A DNA stretch of 64,000 nucleotides from Candidatus Bathyarchaeia archaeon (GCA_038882955.1 JAVZNC010000005.1:60853-124852); one strand, 5' to 3'; positions 9,243 to 18,831 are shown, counted from the first letter of the stretch. Notes: generated from the sequence alone by a model not told the origin. Numbers and translations are program-made.

Positions 9243-11207
9243 ATGGAGAAAGCCTTGATGGTTTCGGAAAGCCCGTTTGCCGACTTCCGCGCGGAATGCA
9301 AGAAGCTTTTAGAAGAAGCCTTGAAGAAGCGTTTTCCAGAGGTTGAAAAGCCAGTTTTAACGTTGGAAAAGCCGCCGAACATAGAGTTTGGACAGTTAGC
9401 ATCGTCGCTTTGTTTCGAGTTCGCCAAGAAAATCGGCGTAAAACCAGTTAAATTGGCTGAAAGTTTAATTGAGGCTATGGATAAGATGCAGTTTTCTCTT
9501 GTAGACAATGTTTCCCAAGCGGGCGGTGGCTACATAAACTTTCACGCGAATTTTGCAAAACTTTCAAGCTTAACCATCGAGTCGGCTATGCAACTTGACG
9601 CGGATTACGGTTTTGTTAAGGTTGAAAAGCCCTTAAAGATTATTGTTGAGCACACAAGCGTGAATCCTCTGCATCCAATACATATTGGGCAAGCCAGAAA
9701 CCCCATGCTTGGCGACGCCGTTGCGCGAATGTTGAAGGTGAGGGGACACACGGTTTTTCGCCATTACTACATTGACGATGTTGGAAGGCAAAGCGCCGTT
9801 ATCGCCTATGGGTACAAAAAGCTGGGTAAGCCTAAACCAGAGGGAAAGCCAGACCATTTTATTGGAAAAATCTACACTATAACCAGCTGCATAATTGAAA
9901 TAAACCGACTAAAAAGGGAGTTGGAGCGCGCAAAGGCTGTTTCTGCAGTGGACGAGATTGCGAGGATAAACAGGGAACTTGATGATTGGATGTCTGTGGC
10001 TGTGGAGCTTAAGGAAAAGTTTCCAGAACTGTTCGAAAAGCTTCTTGACAAAATAGGCGGGGATGAAGACCCAGAAGGCGAAGTTGCGGCGATTAACCAA
10101 GCTTACGAAGCGGGGGAGGAATGGGCTAAACAGCTTGTAAGAGAAGTTAGCGAGCTGTGCCTTCAAGGTTTTAGGGAGACTTTGAGCCGCGCAGATGTTT
10201 CTTATGATTCTTGGGATTGGGAAAGCGACTTCGTCTGGAGCAACAGAGTTTCCGAAGTCCTACAGAGGTTGAAGGCAACACCATACGTTTACAGAATTGG
10301 CGCAGTCTTGGAGTTTGATGCCGAAAAGGTTGTCCAAGACCTCAATTTAAAAGGGAAACTTGGATTGAGGGAAGACTATGAAGTTCCGCCACTGACCCTT
10401 GTGCGCGCCGACGGAACAACATTGTACACAACAAGGGATATGGCATACACTTTGTGGAAGTTTGAGAAGGCTGAAAAATGCATTAATGTCATAGGTATGG
10501 AGCAAAGCCTAGCGCAACTACAGCTGAAAATCGCGCTTTACGCTTTGGGCTATGGCAAACAAGCAGACAACCTCGTGCACTTCGCTTACAACCTTGTCTC
10601 TCTTCCAGGGTATAGAATGGCAAGCCGCAGGGGACGCTACATAACATTTGACGAAGTTGTAGACGAGGCTGTTGAAAGAGCTTACAGCGAAGTTTCTAAG
10701 CGTTCTCCACAACTTTCTGAAGCGGAGAAAAGGGAAATCGCAAATTTTGTTGGCATAGGTGCTGTGCGTTATGCCTTGGCGAGCGTTGACCCCTCAAAGC
10801 CGGTGGTTTTCACGTGGGACAAGGTGCTGAACTTTGAGAGAAACAGCGCGCCTTATCTACAGTATACACATGCAAGGGCATGTAGCATATTGCGGAAAGC
10901 CGCCAAAAAACCAGAGGAGCCATCATACGATTTATTGAAGGAAAAGATTGAGCGTGAAATAGTTTTGGATTTAGCAGTTTTTCCAGAAACTTTTATGGAA
11001 GCTGTAGAGCTTCTTAAGCCCAACATGATTGCGGATTTTGCGAATGCTTTGGCTGATAAGTTTAACACTTTTTACAATGCGCTGCCAGTGATAAAGGCTG
11101 AGCCTCAAGGGCTTAGCGATGCAAGGCTGGCGCTTGTTGACGCTGTTAGGATTGTGCTTAGAAACGCGCTTAACTTGATTGGTGTTGTTGCGCCAGAAAG
11201 AATGTAG
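9243..11207 (+). CDS. argS: Arginine--tRNA ligase
   Basis: EHTSVNPLHPIHIGQARN (HIGH-like), RADGTTLYTTRD, MASRRG, PYLQYTHARACSI, APERM end. Confidence 0.97.
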   Translation: MEKALMVSESPFADFRAECKKLLEEALKKRFPEVEKPVLTLEKPPNIEFGQLASSLCFEFAKKIGVKPVKLAESLIEAMDKMQFSLVDNVSQAGGGYINFHANFAKLSSLTIESAMQLDADYGFVKVEKPLKIIVEHTSVNPLHPIHIGQARNPMLGDAVARMLKVRGHTVFRHYYIDDVGRQSAVIAYGYKKLGKPKPEGKPDHFIGKIYTITSCIIEINRLKRELERAKAVSAVDEIARINRELDDWMSVAVELKEKFPELFEKLLDKIGGDEDPEGEVAAINQAYEAGEEWAKQLVREVSELCLQGFRETLSRADVSYDSWDWESDFVWSNRVSEVLQRLKATPYVYRIGAVLEFDAEKVVQDLNLKGKLGLREDYEVPPLTLVRADGTTLYTTRDMAYTLWKFEKAEKCINVIGMEQSLAQLQLKIALYALGYGKQADNLVHFAYNLVSLPGYRMASRRGRYITFDEVVDEAVERAYSEVSKRSPQLSEAEKREIANFVGIGAVRYALASVDPSKPVVFTWDKVLNFERNSAPYLQYTHARACSILRKAAKKPEEPSYDLLKEKIEREIVLDLAVFPETFMEAVELLKPNMIADFANALADKFNTFYNALPVIKAEPQGLSDARLALVDAVRIVLRNALNLIGVVAPERM

Positions 11208-11225
11208 AAAGCGTATAGTCCATGC

Positions 11226-11900
11226 TTATTGTGGAGCGCCCTTAATTATTGCAACGGCGGTGCTTGTTCCCAAGCGGTTGGCTCCAGCCTCAATCATGGC
11301 AACGGCATCAGCATAGGTTCTAATGCCACCAGCTGCCTTGACGCCCATCTCTTTTCCAACAACCTGCCGCATCAATTTAACGTCTTCAATGGTTGCGCCT
11401 TTGCCAAACAAGCCCGTAGAAGTTTTCGCAAAATCAGCTCCAACTTCCTTCACAATTTTGCATGCGGCAATCTTCTCTTCGTTTGTCAAACTTGGCGTTT
11501 CAATAATAACCTTAACAATGACATCTTTTGCGACGCGTTTCACGTCCACAACAGCCTTTATGTCTTGCTTGACAAGCTTGTAATCGCCAGATTTCAGCGC
11601 GCCAAGGTTTATCACCATGTCAAGTTCCTGTGCGCCATCCTCAACAGCCTTAATCGCCTCTAAAGCCTTTATTTCTGGCAGCGATGCGCCGAATGGGAAA
11701 CCAACGGTTGAGCACACTTTCACATCGGTGCCTTCAAGGATTTTTGCGGCGAGCTTCACGTAGCACGGGTTTACAACCACGCATCTAAAGCCGTATTTAA
11801 CAGAGTCTGCGCATAGTTGTTCAATTTCCTTTTTTGTGGCTGTAGCCTTGACATTCGTAGAATCAATAATTTTCGCTAATTTGCTTTTTGAAACTTGCAA
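11226..11900 (-). CDS. deoC: Deoxyribose-phosphate aldolase
   Basis: TVGFPFGA, ELDMVIN, KVIIET, KTSTG, KAAGGIR, RLGTS. Confidence 0.96.
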   Translation of the reverse strand: MQVSKSKLAKIIDSTNVKATATKKEIEQLCADSVKYGFRCVVVNPCYVKLAAKILEGTDVKVCSTVGFPFGASLPEIKALEAIKAVEDGAQELDMVINLGALKSGDYKLVKQDIKAVVDVKRVAKDVIVKVIIETPSLTNEEKIAACKIVKEVGADFAKTSTGLFGKGATIEDVKLMRQVVGKEMGVKAAGGIRTYADAVAMIEAGANRLGTSTAVAIIKGAPQ

Positions 11901-11915
11901 CTATGTTCGCCTCGC

Positions 11916-12962
11916 TTACCTTCCCTCAAAGTAAGCTTTTAGCCTTTCTGCAAAAACTTCGGGTTCTTCTACGGCTTCGCCGTCCCATAACAAGTACGGA
12001 AGCGCCCAAGCATCCGTGAAACACGTTTGCTGTATGCCAGCTCTGCTGATAATTCGGATGTTCACGTCGAAGTAATCCAAATGCACATTTACTGGTCCAG
12101 AAAGCAGTATGGCGTTAAAGCTAGTGTATCCTTCTTTATGGTAAAAGCTTAACACTTTCACCATTCCTTCGGCGATTCCACACCAATCCGCTTCTTCAAG
12201 CTCTAATAGGTTGGATTTACCTCTAACAATTGCTTGAACCTCGTTTAGTCCCCGTAAAGGCGCGAAGGGAACAAGCCACTCCACGCCATGCGCTTCGAAA
12301 ACGTGTCTTCCGCTCTTCTTTTCTGCTGAAACAAGGTCCTCCCAAAAGCTTAAATCATGTTTTTGATGGTACTCCATGCTTTTTTCCAGCATTAGCTGCA
12401 CGAGATAGAATGGTCTGTCTCTTGCCAAGACTTGCATGTGTGGATGAAAAATTGATGAGCCAGCGGGAGGCAGATAATTGAAGATTAATGTTGGAAAGCT
12501 TATCGATGGCTCCTTTTCCTTAAGCCTTCTTAAATAAACACATGCGCCTTTGAAGCCGTCGAGAAGCATTTTTGGCGCGAACTCGCTAAGCTGCAAGTAA
12601 TGTTCCCTCGACAAGACAACGAGAACGCTTCTTTCTGCATGCCCAAGAAGGTTTGGAACAGCAACAGCATCGCCGACGAAAATTCTTCCTTCTTCCAGAA
12701 AGTCTGGGTGAAACATCGGCGTCTTCGTTTTCACGTTTTCCGGGCAGAAGGGGCAGTTTGCCTTTGTCTTTTCTGCAAGAGCCTTGAGCTGTTCTTTGTC
12801 CGACGTTAGGAATCTGCTAATATAGTTCAACATCCCTCGAATTACCGTTGTGTTTCTCCCAGTGAGTGGGTCAGCCCTATACTCGAATGTTAACGTGTCC
12901 TCGGTAAAATTTTTTAAAGGGTTCAAAATTTTCGCGTGCTTAACAGTCTTTTCAAACTTCAT
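11916..12962 (-). CDS. GalT-like (HIT superfamily) nucleotidyltransferase
   Basis: R.DPLTG, CPFCP, NYLPPAGSSIFHPHMQ (HxHxQ catalytic motif). Confidence 0.85.
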   Translation of the reverse strand: MKFEKTVKHAKILNPLKNFTEDTLTFEYRADPLTGRNTTVIRGMLNYISRFLTSDKEQLKALAEKTKANCPFCPENVKTKTPMFHPDFLEEGRIFVGDAVAVPNLLGHAERSVLVVLSREHYLQLSEFAPKMLLDGFKGACVYLRRLKEKEPSISFPTLIFNYLPPAGSSIFHPHMQVLARDRPFYLVQLMLEKSMEYHQKHDLSFWEDLVSAEKKSGRHVFEAHGVEWLVPFAPLRGLNEVQAIVRGKSNLLELEEADWCGIAEGMVKVLSFYHKEGYTSFNAILLSGPVNVHLDYFDVNIRIISRAGIQQTCFTDAWALPYLLWDGEAVEEPEVFAERLKAYFEGR

Positions 12963-13164
12963 GGCAACTCACATCGCAATCTCTATTTTAGATGTGCAAG
13001 TTAATTGTTTTCGCCTCAAATGCCAATGCAAGTAACATCAAATTTAGGAAGTTTTCAATTGCTAAATTTTAGACCCTCTATCTATTTTTCGTCGTCGTCA
13101 AAACGCGTTTTTATTCCAGAAATTTATTATACTGGTGCATTAACCTAAAAGGAAGGCGATTAAA

Positions 13165-14226
13165 ATGACAAATGTATACTTTAAAAGAAAAGTTGAAGCC
13201 ATAGAAGTTAAGGAAAAAACCATATCCCAACTTTTGGCTGAAATGGCAAAAACAGCCTATCAAGGTAGAAAACTCGGAGAGGCTGTTGAAGTTTGGGAAG
13301 CTATGCTAAAAGAGAAGGATTTAACAATAATTATGGGTTTTGCGGGTTCGATGAGCACGGCGGGGCAATGGAAAATTGTGAACTGGCTTATAGAAAACCG
13401 CTTCATCGACGTTCTCGTTTCAACAGGTGCAAACGTTTCAGAAGACATTGTTGACGCGATGGGTTTCGGCTATTGGCAAGGTTCCCCATCCGTCAACGAC
13501 GCGGAATTGCTCAAGGCGGACATAAACAGGTACTATGACGTTTACGGGCGAGAAGCAGACTATAGGAAGATGGAAGAGCTGATGACGGAGTTTCTACTTA
13601 CGTTGAAGACGGACTTTACGTACTCTTCCATGGAGTTTCTACACTTGTTTGGCAAGTGGCTCAGCAAAAAGGGAATAAAGAGCATAGCCGCAGTAGCCGC
13701 GGAAAACAATGTGCCAATATTTTGTCCAGCAATTTCAGATAGCGCCTACGGCGAAGCGTTCTTGATGGCTAAAAACATGGGACACAAAATCCTATTAGAC
13801 CAGGTTAAGGAGTTCGACCAGTTCGTTGGAATAGGCGAGAAAGTGAAGGACATAGGCGTAGTTTACATAGGCGGCGGGGTCCCAAAAGACTTCACACAAC
13901 TAATTGCAATTTCAGTTTCGCCAAAAACCATGGACAAAGGCGTGCCTGGAAGAGAAGGCTACATGCGCAAATCCGTTAAAGAGTATTACTATCCACACAA
14001 ATACGCCATTCAAATAACCACTGATTCGCCGCAGTGGGGAGGCTTGTCCGGCTGCACGTTGGAAGAAGCCATAAGCTGGGGCAAAATTCACAGTGAAGGA
14101 AAACGCGTAACAGTGTACTGTGACGCGACGATTGCGCTGCCACTGATAGCACATGCACTGAACGAAAGGGTGAAAATAAAGCGTAAGGCGTCAGACCTTT
14201 CATGGCTTTTTAGCGAAATCACTTAA
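13165..14226 (+). CDS. Deoxyhypusine synthase-like protein, paralogue 1 (GGGVPKDF type)
   Basis: STGAN, INRYYDV, CPAISDS, IGGGVPKDF, GGLSGCTLEEAISWGK, DATIALPL. Confidence 0.92.
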   Translation: MTNVYFKRKVEAIEVKEKTISQLLAEMAKTAYQGRKLGEAVEVWEAMLKEKDLTIIMGFAGSMSTAGQWKIVNWLIENRFIDVLVSTGANVSEDIVDAMGFGYWQGSPSVNDAELLKADINRYYDVYGREADYRKMEELMTEFLLTLKTDFTYSSMEFLHLFGKWLSKKGIKSIAAVAAENNVPIFCPAISDSAYGEAFLMAKNMGHKILLDQVKEFDQFVGIGEKVKDIGVVYIGGGVPKDFTQLIAISVSPKTMDKGVPGREGYMRKSVKEYYYPHKYAIQITTDSPQWGGLSGCTLEEAISWGKIHSEGKRVTVYCDATIALPLIAHALNERVKIKRKASDLSWLFSEIT

Positions 14227-15161
14227 TCCTTCAACCTTGTTATTAACGCGCTCACCATTATTGGCAATATTATGGAGGCGTCGCCCTCAACCATTACGCG
14301 GCTAGCCCGCCTGTTTATTTTTCCCCATGAAACCGCCTCTCGCGGCTTTGCGCCAGAAAGGCTTCCATCCCACTCCACTGCAGTGCTGACGTAAACAGCA
14401 TAGTTCAGTCCTTCTCTGAACTGGTTCCACCAAAGCGTATGATGCTTTGATATGCCGCCGCCAATTATCAAGGCGCCAGTCTTCTTCGCCGTGAAAACAA
14501 TGTCGCTTAACTCTCCAGAATCCTTTAATAGGTTAATTCTGAAGTCGCGGTGTTCCTGCGAGAAAAGCCACAGTTGATAGCCCACAGCCCCGTCGGTTAT
14601 TCCAGGCACATATACGGGTATGTTGTTTTTGGCTGCCCAGTAGAGAATCGACGTTTCGTTGCATATGCGCTTCCCAATTTCATTGCACAGTTGCCTTGTC
14701 GAGATTTCTTTTACGTCTTCCCGCCACAAAGCATCAAGAAGCGTCTGCATTTTCTCCTCGATTATGGCGCCGTAGCTGCTGTTTGGAACGAGAACGTTGC
14801 CCAAACGGTTTACCCCGCCCTCTCGAAGTTTGGCATCATCCATCAAAAATGAGCCCTTGTAATAGTTTTTCCAGCACCTCGCAATGTCGTGGTCAAGGGT
14901 TCCACAGGTAGTAATTACAACGTCAACAAGCTTTCTTTGTACAAGCTCCTTCAGGGCTCCGCGTGTTCCAGTTGCCACGAGGTTTCCAGTAAAAGAAAGA
15001 AATTTGACGCAATTTTTCTCCCGCATCATCTTCTCGAGAATGCGCACTGCCACTGCTAGTTTGCCCGCGGTAAAACCCCAAGCCTTCTCCATCTGCAGAA
15101 CAAGCTCGTTAACAGACATTTTCTCAAAAAGGCGGTAATCTTCAACCGTTTCTTTACGCAT
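14223..15161 (-). CDS. dys: Deoxyhypusine synthase, paralogue 2 (canonical GGGISKHH type)
   Basis: FTGNLVATG, TTCGTLDHD, NRLGNV, PGITDG, IGGGISKHH, DGSLSGA.PREAVSWGK. Confidence 0.95.
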   Translation of the reverse strand: MRKETVEDYRLFEKMSVNELVLQMEKAWGFTAGKLAVAVRILEKMMREKNCVKFLSFTGNLVATGTRGALKELVQRKLVDVVITTCGTLDHDIARCWKNYYKGSFLMDDAKLREGGVNRLGNVLVPNSSYGAIIEEKMQTLLDALWREDVKEISTRQLCNEIGKRICNETSILYWAAKNNIPVYVPGITDGAVGYQLWLFSQEHRDFRINLLKDSGELSDIVFTAKKTGALIIGGGISKHHTLWWNQFREGLNYAVYVSTAVEWDGSLSGAKPREAVSWGKINRRASRVMVEGDASIILPIMVSALITRLKD

Positions 15162-15234
15162 GCCCTAATCCTCCAACGTTCAACGCGTACAATTTGTTGT
15201 TAAAGAATAAATAAATTGGCTTTTAAACCCCGCC

Positions 15235-16113
15235 CTAGTTAGTTAGATATGCGATTATTTTGCTGTAAATATCCTTATTTCTAAGGTCTTCATAACCAGC
15301 GTAGATGCTTGGATTATCGTTCACTTCAACCACGACAAAGTTGCCGTTGAACTCTTTAATGTCAACTCCATAAAGTCCATTGCCGACTAGAGCGCACGCC
15401 TTTAAGGCTGTTTCTTTAAGTTTTTCGGGCGCGTTTTCCCTTTTAAGCGAAACTGTTCTTCCCCAAACAAATGTTGGCTTGCCTCTCCTTTTTACGCCGT
15501 GTTTCCATCTGCCTTTTGGAACCATGTACTTGCAAACATATAAAACCTCATTGTTTAGGACGCCTACACGCCAGTCGAAGGCTGTTGGCATGAACTTCTG
15601 AACAACTAAAATGTCCGAGCGCCTAAAGAAGCGTTTGGCTACTTCTCTAAAACTTGTTTCGCATGCAACTTTCTCCACGTACCGCGAGAAACTCGTGTAA
15701 GGCGCCTTCAAAACGACTGGTCTCCCGAAAGCGTTGAAGATTTCCAGTATCTTTTTATGGTGAAACTCATCCTTGTTCAAGAAGATTGTTGGAATGTGCG
15801 GAACATCGTGTTTTTCGAACAGTTCGTATAGGTGAACCTTGTTTCCGCACACTTGTATCGACTTAGGGTCATCAACAACTTTCAAGCCGAGTTCCCAAGC
15901 TGTTTTTGAAACAACATAAGCCGTGTAAAGCGGGTCTGTTGTTGCCCTAATGAAAACAGCATCATACTTAGGAATTTCCGCAAGGTTTTCCCTAAAAACA
16001 AAGTTGAACCTATGCCCCATGCTCTCCGCTGTCAGCTTAAAGTTTTGGAGAGCCCCAACTTCCCTTGGGTCGGTGAAATTGTATCTTTCAACAAAGCAAG
16101 CTATATTACCCAA
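15235..16113 (-). CDS. RimK-family ATP-grasp ligase
   Basis: FIRATTDP, DDPKSI..CGNK, VLKAP, QKFMPTAFDWRVGVL, GLYGVDIK, EVNDNPSI. Confidence 0.92.
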   Translation of the reverse strand: MGNIACFVERYNFTDPREVGALQNFKLTAESMGHRFNFVFRENLAEIPKYDAVFIRATTDPLYTAYVVSKTAWELGLKVVDDPKSIQVCGNKVHLYELFEKHDVPHIPTIFLNKDEFHHKKILEIFNAFGRPVVLKAPYTSFSRYVEKVACETSFREVAKRFFRRSDILVVQKFMPTAFDWRVGVLNNEVLYVCKYMVPKGRWKHGVKRRGKPTFVWGRTVSLKRENAPEKLKETALKACALVGNGLYGVDIKEFNGNFVVVEVNDNPSIYAGYEDLRNKDIYSKIIAYLTN

Positions 16114-16798
16114 CTAGGCATTCACCATCTCCGAGAAGACGAGAAACTTCGCTACGCAGAAGCTTCAAGTCCAACTGCGTCAACTCATCCTTCCGTAATT
16201 GCTGGAGACCGCACAAAAAGGCTTCCCTTCCAACAAGCTGAACGTGTAACTTGCAAAGTGGAATCCTAAAGAGATTGTAAACTTTTTCCGCAATCTTCTG
16301 TGCTGGTTCTTTCACCTCGCATCTTCCAAAAATGGACTTGAACGAGACTATTTCGCCTAAAAGTGGCTGCGCACAAACAGCAAACTTGTAGTTCATACTC
16401 AAACTTTTGACAGCCTTATAGAGGGCATTTCTGTTCTTCGCGGTTCTAAAACCTTCAAAAGAGAATGGATTTACTGCAAAAACAACCACTGGAAAGTCAA
16501 AGTTTGGCATTATCTGTTTAACAGAGTCCGTAACAACAAATGGCATCGTTGGAATCCCAACTTTTGAAGCGCGCAACAGCAGTATAGGCGTCCTATAAGC
16601 GTCAATAATGTTCTCTGTGGATGGGATGACGCGGTTCCCCAAAACTTCAGCATGCAGAGAAACATAGTATCCAGTCTTCAAATAGCGGTAGTCATTGTTA
16701 ATGTTGAGAGTAAAATCTTTAATCGAAGATTCAAGAAAGGCTGAAGGTTTCATTGTCGGCGTTTCTAAAGTTAGGTCGATGTTTGAGACGACCAACAC
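16106..16798 (-). CDS. RLAN (RimK-like ATP-grasp N-terminal) domain protein
   Basis: NNDYRYLKTGYYVSLHAEVLGNRVIP matches the RLAN motif; overlaps the downstream ATP-grasp gene. Confidence 0.85.
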   Translation of the reverse strand: MLVVSNIDLTLETPTMKPSAFLESSIKDFTLNINNDYRYLKTGYYVSLHAEVLGNRVIPSTENIIDAYRTPILLLRASKVGIPTMPFVVTDSVKQIMPNFDFPVVVFAVNPFSFEGFRTAKNRNALYKAVKSLSMNYKFAVCAQPLLGEIVSFKSIFGRCEVKEPAQKIAEKVYNLFRIPLCKLHVQLVGREAFLCGLQQLRKDELTQLDLKLLRSEVSRLLGDGECLVG

Positions 16799-16926
16799 CC
16801 ATGTAACACCAGATGATTAAAACCTCGGTATTGCATCAGTAATATTTAAAATTAACTACGCGCTTTGCAGTTGCGCTTTTATATATGAGCCAGAAACCAG
16901 AATATTAAGCGGTAGGAAGAGGAGCA

Positions 16927-18120
16927 ATAACGTACAAAACCCTAGAAGTTCTAGGTCCAGAACACGAGTACGCCATTGTCAACGAGGAATTAAAAGCTCT
17001 GCCAATCGTTGACAAGATTATAAAGGATTTCAAGGGACGCATCGTAAACTTCGTCGAGCAAACCAGCTTCACTTTTGGAAAGGAACTTCAAATGCACGTT
17101 TTGGAGCTTAAACCAAACGAGCCCTTCGAATCGCCAATAGACTTTGAAGAAACAATGCAAAATGCCGTTTTAACACTAACAGAATTTCTTGAACACAAAT
17201 ACAAGGCAAACCTTCTAGGAACTGGAATGCATCCAACGCTTAGACTTGAGGAAACTGGCGTTTGGCCGCACCGTCACAGACAAATTTACCACTTTTACGG
17301 CAAAGTCTTCAACCTAAAACAGCACGGTTGGCTTAACATCCAAAGCTTCCAACTCAACCTACCCTATGCGAACGAAAAAGACGCAATCCAAATACATAAC
17401 ACACTGGCGGAAATCTGCGCTTATCTCCCAGCAGTCGCTGCTTCATCCCCAATATACGAGGGAAAAATCGGGGAGTATGTTGACAATCGCCTACACTTTT
17501 ACATGCTCAATCAGAAAGAGGTGCCATCAGTCACAGGCAATGTTATCCCAGAATACATCACCTCGTTTAAACAGTACAAAACAGAGATTATAGGACGCTA
17601 TTCGAACGACTTAATCAAGGCTGGCGTGAAAGATTGCCTACCCTACAAGGACTGGGTAAACTCCAGAGGTGCAATCTTTAGATTTGACAGAAAAGCCATA
17701 GAAATCCGCGTCATGGACGAACAGGAATGCATCAAATCCGATGTTGCATTAAGCTGCTTTGTAAGGACCGCCCTTAAGGGGATTATTAAAGAGAATAGGG
17801 CGCTCATACCGCGAGAAACGCTAATCAAAGATTTTAACTCTGTAGTGCGAGAGGGCTTAAACGCGAAGGTTACGCATCCTTTTGGGCGGACAGCCCGCCA
17901 AGTATGCAAGCGTCTCCTGAAAATTGCTTGGGAAAATGCCTCGGAAGAAGAGCGCAAATATCTTTCATTTGTGGAGAAAAGAATTGAGTGCGGAAGTCTC
18001 TCCGAACTCATTAGAAGCCATGTAATGCAGAGAGCGCAGAAAACCGACTTAAAAGAAGCCATAACAAGCGTCTACTCAAAACTTATAAAAAACCTCGTAA
18101 ACAATGAACCATACTCCTAA
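16927..18120 (+). CDS. Glutamate--cysteine ligase (GCS2) family carboxylate-amine ligase; start non-canonical (ATA 16927 or ACG 16930)
   Basis: The frame is open from the TAA at 16906 and encodes YKTLEVLGPEHEYAIVNEEL...GKELQMHVLEL. Also TGMHP, HGWLNIQSFQLN, ASSPI, DNRL, NSRGAIFRFDRKAIEIRVMD. The first ATG (17092) lies downstream of the conserved GxExE motif. Confidence 0.9.
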   Translation: MTYKTLEVLGPEHEYAIVNEELKALPIVDKIIKDFKGRIVNFVEQTSFTFGKELQMHVLELKPNEPFESPIDFEETMQNAVLTLTEFLEHKYKANLLGTGMHPTLRLEETGVWPHRHRQIYHFYGKVFNLKQHGWLNIQSFQLNLPYANEKDAIQIHNTLAEICAYLPAVAASSPIYEGKIGEYVDNRLHFYMLNQKEVPSVTGNVIPEYITSFKQYKTEIIGRYSNDLIKAGVKDCLPYKDWVNSRGAIFRFDRKAIEIRVMDEQECIKSDVALSCFVRTALKGIIKENRALIPRETLIKDFNSVVREGLNAKVTHPFGRTARQVCKRLLKIAWENASEEERKYLSFVEKRIECGSLSELIRSHVMQRAQKTDLKEAITSVYSKLIKNLVNNEPYS

Positions 18121-18129
18121 TAGAAAGGG

Positions 18130-18681
18130 GTGCATAAAATGACTGAAGAGCCGAGGCAAAACGACTTCTTTAACGTTTGCGGCGAATGCAAAATTAGTTG
18201 CTGTCAAAATGCGAGACCACCAATAACAAATGAACGAAGAAAAACGATAGAGGAATTCTTGAAAAGACAGGGACTTTCTGTTGAAAACTTGTTTGAGCAG
18301 AGCGCCTACACTTTTCCGAAGGAAGATGCTGAAGGCTACTGCATTTTCTACGACAAGAAAACAAGGCGATGCAAAGTCCACCCGGTGAAACCGGAAACAT
18401 GCGTTGCAGGACCAATAACATTTGACGTAAACGCAAAAACTGGGATGGTGGAATGGTATTTAAAGATGGAGAAAATATGTCCGCTTGCCGGCGCCATGTA
18501 CAAAAACAAGGAAGTTCTCGAAAAGCATCTGAAATCAGCAAAAAGAGAAATACGCCGACTCCTACGCGAATTGGACGCTAACGCCTTGAGAACTATTTTG
18601 AAAATTGAGGAGCCGGAAACATTCAAGATAGGCGAAGAAAAAGCTGAAAAGGAAATTCTACATAAACTGACAAGCGTTTAA
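18130..18681 (+). CDS. YkgJ-family cysteine-cluster (putative Fe-S/Zn) protein
   Basis: CGECKISCC...GYCIFYD...CKVHPVKPETCVAGP...ICP. Confidence 0.88.
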   Translation: MHKMTEEPRQNDFFNVCGECKISCCQNARPPITNERRKTIEEFLKRQGLSVENLFEQSAYTFPKEDAEGYCIFYDKKTRRCKVHPVKPETCVAGPITFDVNAKTGMVEWYLKMEKICPLAGAMYKNKEVLEKHLKSAKREIRRLLRELDANALRTILKIEEPETFKIGEEKAEKEILHKLTSV

Positions 18682-18730
18682 CATTGTTGATGTAGTTGCC
18701 CAACTTTATTTTACATTTTGCTTTTTAAGG

Positions 18731-18831
18731 CGGGCCCGAGGGGATTTGAACCCCTGTTCTCCGGCTCCGGAGGCTTGCGCACCTTTCGAGTTTTTGGTTC
18801 GGCGCCTTAATCCATACTGGGCTACGGGCCC
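18731..18831 (-). tRNA. tRNA-Arg(CCG) with a 25-nt intron at position 29/30 (intron 18775-18799)
   Basis: Reverse complement folds as acceptor GGGCCCG/CGGGCCC, T arm AGGGG-TTCAAAT-CCCCT, anticodon arm CCG^GC-CTCCGGA-GCCGG; BHB with central helix GCGC/GCGC and bulges CG^A and AA^G. Confidence 0.95.
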
